Below are positions 10,287-20,730 of a stretch of 64,000 nucleotides of DNA, piece after piece. A program made the position numbers and the translations under genes. The stretch's first letter is position 1; the number at the start of each line of letters is the position of its first letter. Source of the DNA: Histomonas meleagridis 2922-C6/04-290x (lineage: Eukaryota; Protista; Parabasalia); contig JAANOX010000101.1 in NCBI GenBank assembly GCA_020184695.1, positions 124,001-188,000 of the forward strand, given 5' to 3'. The notes under the pieces were generated by a model that saw only the letters and a program-made list of their open reading frames with translations, was not told the origin of the DNA and searched no databases.

Positions 10287-13200
10287 ATGTCAGGAACTAA
10301 TAATTGGCAAGAAAAAGACTATTTTAATAATCTCAAAGCCCTCCAAAAAGTTATATGGAATGTAGATCGAGTCAATATTGAAAAATCAATCGAATCAATA
10401 GTCGAATTATTTGATTCAAATTTCCCAGTAACTTTCAATTTGGAACTCATCCATATAATATATTCAGCATACAAGATAAGGCCGCATAATTTCGAAGTCT
10501 ATTTTCAATTAATAGAGAAAATAGAAAATAAATTCAAAATGAATAATGTTTTTTCATATTTTCTTTTAAATTTGAAGACGAATGAATCATATTATCTAAT
10601 TGAGAAGATGAGTGAACATAATTTAATAGATATAAATGTCGTAAAAAATGAATCTTTATTATTTGCTCATCATATAAATAAAAAAGATTTCCAAGAATAT
10701 TATAAGAATATAGAAGACAAAGGTTTTGATAATGATTCATTTCTTAAAACTTTCAGGAAAAATTATGATGAACTATCAAAGAATGATTGGGAACTTCATA
10801 AGAAGTTAATTGAAGAAGGAGTTAATCCAAATGAACTTGCAAAGATAATTCGAAATGATGAAGTCGAAAAACTTCAAGAAATATCATCACAAAATGATTT
10901 TAACTTTAATAAAACAATTGAACCATCACTTTATGAAAGGTGTACATTTATTAATCAAAAATATGTTACATTAATTGATTATGCAGCATTTTTTGGATCA
11001 ATTAAATGTTTTAAATATTTATTATTAAATGGAGCAAATGTAATTAATGCAGGCAAATATGCAGTTGCAAGTGGAAATATTGAAATCATTCATTTATGTG
11101 AACAAAATAATTCATTATTCAATAATGCATATGAAACAGCAATTGAATTCCATAAAAATGATATCTTTAATTATTTATATGAAAATAAAATTGGAAAAAC
11201 ATTTTTTATGTTTGAAGCTATAAGACATTGTATTTTATATAATAACTATGAAATATTTTCATTATTAGAAGAAAAAGGTATGGAAATTGACCATAATTTA
11301 ATATACACCATGGCAAATATCGGTAATTTGTTTCTTATTAAGTATTTCATAAAGCATACCAAATTTCCAAGTGATGTTTTAATTTCATCAGCAAATTCTG
11401 GAAATAATGAACTTGTGAAATATATTCTTGAACAAAAAGGAATTGATGTTAATGTAAGAGGGATTAATTCATGTTTTTTTAATGTTATTTTGGTTGGTTT
11501 GATATTTTGGGGAAATATTTAAAATTTATTTTTGGATTTTGATACAGCACTTATGATTGCATCTGAAAAAGGTTATACAGAGATAGTTAAACTGCTTATT
11601 GAACAAAAAGGAGTTGATATTAATGATAAAAATATTTATTTGTTTTATTTAGAATTTATTTTAATAATTTTATATTTCAAAATAATATTTGGAAATTATT
11701 TAAATTATTTAATACAGCACTTATGAAAGCATCTACAAAAGGTCATATAGAAATAGTTAAATTGCTTCTTGAACAAGAAAAAATTGATGTTAATACTAAA
11801 AATATTTTTTCGTTTAATTTAATATTTGTTTTGATGATTTAAGACCTCAAAATAATATTTGGAAATTATTTAAATTATTTAATACAGCACTTATGATTGC
11901 ATCTAAAAATGATCATGCAGAAATCGTTAAGTTACTTCTTAGTCAAAAAGGAATTAATATTAATGCTAAGGATATTTATCTGTTTTATTTGATATTTATT
12001 TTAATAATTTTATATTTCAAAATAATATTTGGAAATTATTTTAATTATTTGATACATCACTTATTTTAGCATCTTTAAATGATCATACAGAAACAGTTAA
12101 ATTTCTTCTTGAACAAGAAGGAATTGATATTAATGCTAAAAATATTTATTTGTTTTATTTAAAATTTATTTTAATAATTTTATATTTCAAAACAAAATTT
12201 GGAAATTATTTAAACAATTTAATACAGCACTATTTATTGCAATAGAGAAAAATCTTATAGAGATAGTTAAACTGCTTATTGAACAAAAAGGAATTGATAT
12301 TAATGATAAAAATATTTATTTGTTTTATTTAGAATTTATTTTAATAATTTTATATTTCAAAATAATATTTGGCAATTATTTAAACAATTTGATACAGCAC
12401 TATTTATTGCAATAGAGAAAAATCTTATAGAGATAGTTAAACTGCTTATTGAACAAAAAGGAGTTGATATTAATGATAAAAATATTTTTTTGTTTTAATT
12501 GAAATTTATATTTCAAAATAATATTTGGAAATTATTTAAATTATTTAATACAGCACTTATGAAAGCATCTACAAAAGGTCATATAGAAATAGTTAAATTA
12601 CTTCTTGAACAAGAAGGAATTGACATTAATGCTAAAGATATTTATTTTTTATAAATAAAATTTATTTTAATAATTTGATATTTCAAAATAATATTTGAAA
12701 ATTATTTAAATTCTTTAATACAGCACTTATGATTGCATCTTTAAATGGTCATACAGAAATAGTTAAATTACTCCTTAAACAAAAAGGAATTGATATTAAT
12801 GCTAAAAATATTTATAAACCTAATTTCTAAAAATTTTAAGTATTTATTTGAAAATTATTTTAATTTTAATTTACAGCATTTATGGAAGCATCGAAAAAAA
12901 GTCATATCGAAATAATTAAATTACTCCTTGAACAAAAAGGGATTGACATTAATGCTAAAGATGTTTATTTGTTTTATTTAGAATTGGTTTTATTCATTTT
13001 ATATTTTAAAATAATATTTGGAAATTATAAAAATTATTTGAAACTTCATTAATGATAGCAGCTCAAAATGGTAAAACAAAGTTAGTTAAATTACTTCTTG
13101 AGCAAAAAGATATTAATATTAATGATCGAAATATTAAGTTGTTTCTTTTAATGTTCATTTTTGTTGTTTGAAATTTTATAATAATTTATGGAAATTATTC

Positions 13201-14158
13201 GAATTATTTTGTACAACAATTATGGAAGCAATAAAGAAAGGGCAATACAAAATTGTGAAATTGTTACTTGGAATAAAAGGAATTCGAATTGATATTTATG
13301 ATGTTTATTTATTTTGCATTATATTTTTTGAATAATTTTAATATTTTCATAAAATATTTGGAATTTTTTCTAATTATTTTCATCATTACTTATACAAGCT
13401 TCTACAAATGGTTATCCTGAATTAGTTAAATTGCTTCTTGAACAAAAAGGAATAAATATTAATGATAAAGATATTAATTTATTATTATTAAAGTTAATTA
13501 TAATAATTTTGGATAACAAAATATTATTTGGAAATTATATAAATCATTTAAAACAGCTCTTATCTATGCATCTGAAAAAAATTATATAGAAATAGTTAAA
13601 TTACTTCTTGAACAAAAAGGAATTGATATTAATGCAAAAGATATCTATTTATTCTGTTTATAATTTGTATTAACAACTTTTTATTTCAAAACAATATTTG
13701 GAAATTATAAAAATTATTTGAAACAGCACTTATGTTAGCATCTAAAAATGGTCATACAGAAACAGTTAAATTACTTCTTGAAATAGAAGGAATTGATATT
13801 AATGCTAAAGATATTTGTTTGTTTTATTTAATGTATGTTTTAATAGTTTTACATTTAATATAATTTATTGGAATTCATACATATTATTTTGGGCAGCTTT
13901 ACTATTTGCTACAGAAAAAGGTAATATAGAAATTGTTAAATTACTTCTTGAACAAAAAGAAATTGATACTAATGTTAAAACTATCACTTTAATTTTATTA
14001 AAGTTTCGCTAAATGGTTTTATGTTTCTTAATAATAAAAGGAACTTTTTTTGAATTTTTAAAACACCAATTAATATTGCGAATCAAAAAGCGCATTCTGG
14101 TGAAAATACCTATACAGAAATAGTGAAATTACTTAACAATAAAAAGGAACAAAAATAA
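10287..14158 (+). CDS. DUF3447-type/ankyrin gene (array E) with 16 inserts
   Basis: ORF 10287..11522, then repeats starting at 11544, 11714, 11884, 12054, 12224, 12394, 12550, 12720, 12873, 13043, 13213, 13383, 13553, 13723, 13893 and 14063. Ends EIVKLLNNKKEQK*. Confidence 0.85.
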
Positions 14159-14259
14159 TTATGAGGACGCTTTCCGAAGTGATCAAATTTAGAGTAAGTA
14201 ATAAATAATCTTGCTTACAATTTTTTTTATTAATGAATATGAAAACACCAAAAAAAGCT

Positions 14260-14783
14260 GATTAATCGATTAATTTTCGATACGAGTCACTTTTTTTATC
14301 GATAAAAATCGATTAATAACGGTTTGAATCTCGATAAAATCGATAAACTCGATAAAAGCCACTTTTTTTATCAAAAAAATCGATTTTGAAAAGTGACGTT
14401 ATTTATCGATTTTATCGAAAATTCCTGGATTGAATGAGAAGACGTTATTGGATAAAGACCCCCCTAGTTTTCATGTTATAAGACTAAGTCAATAGGAATG
14501 ATACAGGAATATCATGTAGGAATAGGATATATATTTATATTCTTTATATCACGAAATTTTTGAATGGTTTTTAATCGGCCTAAACCGTTTATTTATCGAT
14601 AAAATCACTTGATAACGATAAATAAACGGTTTTTATTGATGTTAAATCGAAAAAACCGTATATCGAATTTAATCGATTAATCGAAAGCCGATTAATCGAA
14701 TATCGAACGATAATACGGTTACTTATCAATTTTTATCGATAAAAGCAAACCGTTTCATCGATTTTTATCGATTCCCAACCCTA
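14260..14783. mobile_element. Probable non-autonomous DNA transposon remnant (hAT-like MITE)
   Basis: Dense ATCGAT/TCGA and AACGGTT/AAACCGT sub-terminal motifs on both sides of a different core. Right end reads TAGGGTTGGGAATCG on the - strand (14783-14769). No matching left terminus found. Confidence 0.5.
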
Positions 14784-15005
14784 TTTTTTTGATTTAAATT
14801 TGTAATTTTTGCAATATTCCTGTTTTTCACTTAATTCCTTGGGGGAATGTTAACAAGATTTTTTTTTCTCAAATATAAATTAAATAATATTTTTTGGACT
14901 GAAGATATATTGAAATTTCGATGAGTTTTTGTTATCTGTTTACAGTTTTTTCAGTTTATAAAAAATATTTATTACACACAAAAAGTTTATTTAAAAACGT
15001 ACAAT

Positions 15006-16430
15006 TTAATCCATTATATCTTCCTTCACTGCAGTTAATGACTCAAGTAATTGCTTTAATTCGGGTGTTAATTTTTTCAATTTATACTTTGGATCTTTAT
15101 TATTTAACTCCACTAGCACCGAAATTTCTTTTTGTTTTTCTCCTGCTTCAGCGATTTTTAATGTAATTGAATGTAATTCATTTTTAAGTTTTTCGATTTC
15201 TTCTTCTTTATCATTAATATCATTTTTAATTTTATCATTTTTCTTATCGACTTTTTCCTTTTCCTTTTTAATGAATTCTATGATTTGTTGATTCATTTCG
15301 AAATCACTTTTTTCTTTATCGATAATTTTTAATGTTTCATTAAATTCTTTTTTTAATTGTTCGATTTCATTTTTCATTTCTTTTCGATTTCGTTTTAATG
15401 CATTTATTTCATTCATTGTTTCATTATATGTTCCTTTCATCTCTTTATATTTGTTACTGATTTTCTTTTCTGTTTCTTCTTTATAATATTTCGCTCTTTC
15501 GATTTGCGAATTTATAATATTAAGTTCCGATTTAAGTTTCACGTTTTTCTCAAGAAGTAAATCAACTTGCGACTCAATTTCTTTCCGTGTCTCTAAAGTT
15601 GATTGAAGTTCAAGTTTAACTTTCGCATTCTTCGCATCTAAAAGTGACTTCGGAATGTTCGGTGTTGGAAATTCATCTTCGCGCGCTATTGATGCTATAG
15701 TATTAATATGTTCTTCTTGGATTCGATTGTTCTTTATTGATTTCATACAGTTACAAAGTAACTTCTTCATCGTGGATTTAAGTTCAGTAATGTTCGTTTG
15801 GATTCGTTGATTTTGCACTTTTTCTTCTTGTTTGATGTCATTTTGTTGTGAAATGCTATTTAAAAAAGACTCGCTTTGAACATCATAAAAGGTTTGGGAT
15901 AGGCGATTAAACTTGGATTGAAGATATGTCGATTGAATATCACCTCCAATATCAAGAAATGCATTTTCAAGATTTGTGGTAACTTCAGTTTCATGGGAAT
16001 CGGCTGTATCTAGTTTCTTAAAAGCTTTGTTTTCATTAATTGAATTGATTTTATCTGTTAAATCTGAAATGGCTAACTCATAGTTTTTGACTTCTTGATT
16101 GGTTTTTTCTTCATGAACTGCACACGCTCTACGAAGTCTACTTATTGAGGCATCTACAGAAAGTGCATTGCCATCTTGATTGATTCCTGATCTATCTTTA
16201 AGAAATCGAAGTTCTGCATTTAGAAAATAAAGTTGTTGCTGTAAATTATGAATATATTCTGTCGCTAATAATTCTCCTTGTGGAGGTGCCTGAGGAGGAT
16301 CGATTGCTCGTTCGGTTCTTTTTGGTGATTTTTTACTTCGCGTTGATAAGTGTAACTCTTCTGGTTTATTTCCTCTTACTTTACATGTTGGTATTTTATT
16401 TTGACCGCCTTCTTCTGGGGTTTTTACCAT
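15006..16430 (-). CDS. Coiled-coil protein, function unknown
   Basis: 474-aa ORF with long K/E-rich heptad stretches and a low-complexity N-terminus. Confidence 0.75.
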   Translation of the reverse strand: MVKTPEEGGQNKIPTCKVRGNKPEELHLSTRSKKSPKRTERAIDPPQAPPQGELLATEYIHNLQQQLYFLNAELRFLKDRSGINQDGNALSVDASISRLRRACAVHEEKTNQEVKNYELAISDLTDKINSINENKAFKKLDTADSHETEVTTNLENAFLDIGGDIQSTYLQSKFNRLSQTFYDVQSESFLNSISQQNDIKQEEKVQNQRIQTNITELKSTMKKLLCNCMKSIKNNRIQEEHINTIASIAREDEFPTPNIPKSLLDAKNAKVKLELQSTLETRKEIESQVDLLLEKNVKLKSELNIINSQIERAKYYKEETEKKISNKYKEMKGTYNETMNEINALKRNRKEMKNEIEQLKKEFNETLKIIDKEKSDFEMNQQIIEFIKKEKEKVDKKNDKIKNDINDKEEEIEKLKNELHSITLKIAEAGEKQKEISVLVELNNKDPKYKLKKLTPELKQLLESLTAVKEDIMD

Positions 16431-17001
16431 AAAGATTTTAGAGAAAAAATAAACGTTTATTTTTTGTTCACTAAAAGAATTTTTCCTGAATCTTTATTCA
16501 AGATTCGGCTTAGGCACACAAGAGAAAAACAAAATTGGAGTCATCTTTTCTTATTATTTTGTTTTTTTGTCAAAATTAGATTTTGGTATTTATCAAAACT
16601 TTTAATTAACAATATGCTTTATATAAATAGTTTTTATTCTTTGCTTTTAGTGACATTTTTTGTTGAATGATGGCTTGAAATCTAAAAATATCTTATTTTT
16701 TGGTCGCGCAAACGCGGCCTTTTTCAATCGACTGATCCTATCGTTTTATTGTTGGGATTATCGGAATTAATCCATATTATAAGATTTAACATTATTATAA
16801 TAGTGGTTGAAAAGACATGTGAACATAAAAATAATGCGAATATTTATTTTAAAAATGATTAAATTATTCATTCTATTGTGAAAGAAGTTTCGTTGTAAAA
16901 TTTCAACCGTTTATCTGTTAAATATTTCAGAAAAAAACGATGGATTTGAATGACAAATGAACGACAAAAAGGTTTTGTTTTGAATTTTTTAACTCCACCA
17001 A

Positions 17002-19824
17002 ATGCTCTATCTCTTTCCTTTTTTTGCATTTTCCCAAATAGAAATCCTTGTGAACCAAAAAACAAAAGCAACTGCTGATACTTATCTTAGTGAAGCTTAT
17101 GATAATTATATAAATAATAGTAACTTAACAGATTTTTCAGACGTGGCTATAATTAACGGAGAACTTATATATGAAAACGATTATTCTAAACAAGTCATTT
17201 GGGAACAGATAGTTATATTCAAAATTGAGCAGAATGTAACTGTAAATTTCTACGATTTATTCTGTATTATCTTCTATTCTCTCAAAAATGTCGAAATTAT
17301 GCACATAAATAATCCCTTTGAAGACACGGGGATGATACAATTTTCTCAATGTCCAAAACTAAAAGAGATATATTTTTCTAATGTCATAAGCTTTCCATTA
17401 TTTACCTTTTCACAATGCACAAACCTAATCAAGTTAGAAGCTCCTACATTAGAAACCATTGGCGATAATTCATTTCAAATGTGTAAGCAGCTCAAATCAT
17501 TATCTTTCCCAAATGTCAAAACCATTGCAAATTTAGCATTTATGGATTGTCTACAACTCGAAGAAATTTATCTTCCTGAGTTAATTGAAAGTGGCGAATG
17601 TTCTTTTATGTATTGTGGTAAACTTCTCTCAATAAGTTTACCAAGAATTTCACATGTACCCAAACAAATGTTTTCATATTGTGCCACATTACAAAATGTT
17701 GATTTACCGAATGCAACAACTATTGGCGAATATGGATTTGAATACTGCATATCATTACGACAAGTAAACTTTTCAAAAGTCACAACAATTTCAGAAGGTG
17801 CGTTTCGGTTTTTAAGAAATCTCGAAAAAATTGAAATGCCTCTTTTAACATATGCCACAGGTGCTTTTATTGAAGGGTGTATGTCACTTAAGAGTGTAAT
17901 GTTACCAAACTTAACAAATATTCCAGATTACTTATTTTCGAACTTATCATATTTCGAACAAATTCAAATCCCTAAAGCTCGAACTATTGGGAAATGTGCT
18001 TTTGAAAATGTTATGATAAGTGAGTCAATATTTCCAAATGTTGAAAGTATTGGCGATTATGCATTTTATGGGTGTTCATTATTAAGTATTGTTTCTTTTG
18101 ATCGCTGTGAATCGATTGGAAGTTATGTATTTTATGATTGTGCTTTTTTAACATATATCGAATTACCACAACTTAAAAATTGTTCCGAATATGCCTTTGG
18201 CGATACATATATTGAGACATTAAATTTTCCTAATTTAGAACGATGTGGAAGTTATGCGTTTGCTAAAATGATATTTTTAGATTCAGTTATAATGCCAAAT
18301 TTAATTGAAGTTGGAGATGATATATTTCAAGGCTCAACAAGTATCCAAACAATTGATATGCCTAAATTACTTAAAGCAAATGATTACTTTTTAAATTACG
18401 TCAACATAAATCATTTCGAATTTGAAAGTTTGGAAAACATCGGATCAAATTGTTTTACTTATGCATCAGAAGTTGTCGAAACTATTGATTTCCCTAATGT
18501 TAAATATATTGGTAATTATTTCATGTATAATTGTAATAAGGTTCAATCAATTGAATTACCAAATCTGATAGAAATCGGTTCATATTCATTTGTGAATTGC
18601 GATAATTTAATTAATGTATCATTACCAAAACTTAACAAATATATGTCCGAAATGTTTTATCAATGTAATTCGATAAAAGAAATTCATTTACCTGAGCTTC
18701 AACAACTTGGTAACCATTTTGTTTGTGGATGTATAAATGTTATAAATATTTCATTACCAAAAGTTTCAAGGATTATAAATACATGTTTCTCAAATTGTAG
18801 TTCACTGAAATCAATCGATTTACATTCGGTAACTGTCGTTGATGCTGGTCCAATTATCGAAGATTGTGATTCGATAATTAATGTTTCACTTGACGCTTTA
18901 GTGAAGGCGCCAACTTATTTGTTTTATAATAACCCTTCGTTAGAATATGTTTCACTGAAGAGATTAAATTCAACAAATGGTTATTTGTTTTATAATTGTA
19001 CAAATTTGAAACATTTCGATTTGTCTAAAGTAGAAGAATTAAGTTCTTCAAACATAGGATTTGATTTTTCTTATTGTTCTTCAATTGAACATATTGAATT
19101 ACCAACTTTACTTAGAATTTATGGACAAAACACATTTTCATATTGTACTTCTTTGGTTTCAATTACATTAAATGCTTTAGTAAGAATTTCTGATAGAGCT
19201 TTTACAGGGTGCACCAAATTGGAAGCCGTTAATTTCAATAGGTTAACAACGTTAACGTCTTACTGTTTTGATGGATGTACATCATTGAAAAAGTTGTCGT
19301 TAGAAGGTGTCACTTTTTTGGAAGGTGATGGGCACTTTTCGGGGTGCACTAATCTTGAAGAAATACATTTGCCTTTACTAGGAACTGTAACTCAGAATTC
19401 AACAAAAATATTTAATGGGTGTACAAACCTAAGCTTGATTCAATTCCCAGAACAACCACCAGATACATTTGGTAGTGATGTATTTACACAAATTTCAAAT
19501 CAATTATCAATTTGTTTGCCAGATGAAGACTCTTATAAGAATTATGAAAAAGACTGTAATGGAACTTCTTGTGTAAAAGGTTATTGGAGAGGAATTAGTC
19601 TTCAAATTAGTTCAGCCCTGAAAAAGAAATGTGCAGGAATAACATCATTTTCAAAGTTGGATTTAATACTTGGATTATCGTTGGGAATTGGAATACCTTT
19701 TGTAATAGCTATAGTTTTCGGATTCGTTTATGTTTTTGGATTATACAAAAAGAATAAGGAAGCGAAAGAAGACATTGAAAATACACCGCATTTGAATATT
19801 TCTATTGTTGATAAGATTCTTTAA
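17002..19824 (+). CDS. BspA-like leucine-rich repeat (LRR_5/TpLRR) type I surface protein
   Basis: Hydrophobic N-terminus, many LxxIxLPxLxxIGxxxFxxC repeats, TM segment LILGLSLGIGIPFVIAIVFGFVYVFGLY and a short cytosolic tail. Confidence 0.9.
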   Translation: MLYLFPFFAFSQIEILVNQKTKATADTYLSEAYDNYINNSNLTDFSDVAIINGELIYENDYSKQVIWEQIVIFKIEQNVTVNFYDLFCIIFYSLKNVEIMHINNPFEDTGMIQFSQCPKLKEIYFSNVISFPLFTFSQCTNLIKLEAPTLETIGDNSFQMCKQLKSLSFPNVKTIANLAFMDCLQLEEIYLPELIESGECSFMYCGKLLSISLPRISHVPKQMFSYCATLQNVDLPNATTIGEYGFEYCISLRQVNFSKVTTISEGAFRFLRNLEKIEMPLLTYATGAFIEGCMSLKSVMLPNLTNIPDYLFSNLSYFEQIQIPKARTIGKCAFENVMISESIFPNVESIGDYAFYGCSLLSIVSFDRCESIGSYVFYDCAFLTYIELPQLKNCSEYAFGDTYIETLNFPNLERCGSYAFAKMIFLDSVIMPNLIEVGDDIFQGSTSIQTIDMPKLLKANDYFLNYVNINHFEFESLENIGSNCFTYASEVVETIDFPNVKYIGNYFMYNCNKVQSIELPNLIEIGSYSFVNCDNLINVSLPKLNKYMSEMFYQCNSIKEIHLPELQQLGNHFVCGCINVINISLPKVSRIINTCFSNCSSLKSIDLHSVTVVDAGPIIEDCDSIINVSLDALVKAPTYLFYNNPSLEYVSLKRLNSTNGYLFYNCTNLKHFDLSKVEELSSSNIGFDFSYCSSIEHIELPTLLRIYGQNTFSYCTSLVSITLNALVRISDRAFTGCTKLEAVNFNRLTTLTSYCFDGCTSLKKLSLEGVTFLEGDGHFSGCTNLEEIHLPLLGTVTQNSTKIFNGCTNLSLIQFPEQPPDTFGSDVFTQISNQLSICLPDEDSYKNYEKDCNGTSCVKGYWRGISLQISSALKKKCAGITSFSKLDLILGLSLGIGIPFVIAIVFGFVYVFGLYKKNKEAKEDIENTPHLNISIVDKIL

Positions 19825-19996
19825 TTTTTTATCTTAAATAAACATTAACTTTCGAATAAATTTAATCTTTTTTACTTATGGGTACTGCAAAACTTATTCA
19901 TTAATGATTTTAAATGTCAAGAAATCTTTTTTTATTATGTCCAAATCGAGCATTGACCAATTGATGACTTTGACTATGTCTGTTCATTTTTAAAAA

Positions 19997-20596
19997 ATGA
20001 GCGAAAAAGGAATCGATTATGTCCTTTCGAAATCAATGAAAAAAAATGTTACAGGAATTTCTGATATTGTTCCATTACAAGAACATGTTATAGTTCTTAA
20101 TAATCGTACAAATAATCCAAATTTAATTAATATTAAAGAAAAACATAAAAATGCAAGAAAAAGCCGAAAATATAAATGGCTTTCAATGTCTACTCGAAGT
20201 TTTCGTAAAAAGAATGAAAAAATTAAAAAAGCTAATTTGACTTACGAAAAGTTTAACCAAATTTCAGATCTTTGGAAAGAATATTCAGACCGTGTTGGAA
20301 CAAATGAACAAAATGTTGCAGGAATGGATTTCCACGGGGCAACAATTACTGTAACAGTTTCACCAGATCCAGGATTAATTGGATTAAAAGGGAGAATTGT
20401 TAAAGAAACTTATAATTCTCTCATCATAATATCAGAAGATAACAAAGTTAGACAGATTAACAAGAACCATAATGTAATAGAACTAGAAACAAATCATGGA
20501 AGATTTGAAATCAATTTAACAACACTTAGGTGTCATCCTTATCTTAAAGCAACAAAGAAATGGAAACAAAGGGCCCCTTTGCCTTTACCTTACTAA
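19997..20596 (+). CDS. POP4: RNase P/MRP subunit POP4/Rpp29
   Basis: LWKEY...DFHGATITVTVSPDPGLIGLKGRIVKETYNSLIII matches the Rpp29 core. Confidence 0.8.
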   Translation: MSEKGIDYVLSKSMKKNVTGISDIVPLQEHVIVLNNRTNNPNLINIKEKHKNARKSRKYKWLSMSTRSFRKKNEKIKKANLTYEKFNQISDLWKEYSDRVGTNEQNVAGMDFHGATITVTVSPDPGLIGLKGRIVKETYNSLIIISEDNKVRQINKNHNVIELETNHGRFEINLTTLRCHPYLKATKKWKQRAPLPLPY

Positions 20597-20730
20597 TGAA
20601 TGATTGTTAATAAAAATTTATTTTCATTTAAAATATCATCAAGCTAAAAAGTGACAATAATGACCGTTAAAATATCCATATTAACTAAATAACCGCTAAT
20701 TTTGATCGGCTTTTGCTTGACCACAGTTAG

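Noticed and set aside
12637-12722. Reading the inserts as U12-type AT-AC introns (ATATTT ... AATAC)
   Set aside because: Both possible AT starts give out-of-frame joins. The 5' end is not ATATCCTT, no U12 branch site is present, and copies starting with Ser or Ala lack AC.
11461-14158. CRISPR-like repeat/spacer appearance of the 170-nt arrays
   Set aside because: The context is eukaryotic, the conserved part codes for ankyrin repeats, the spacers are homologous to each other, and no cas genes are present.
16702-16724. GC hairpin GGTCGCG-CAAA-CGCGGCC followed by T5
   Set aside because: It looks like a bacterial terminator, but it is an isolated motif in a eukaryotic divergent promoter region with no other support for an ncRNA or Helitron end.
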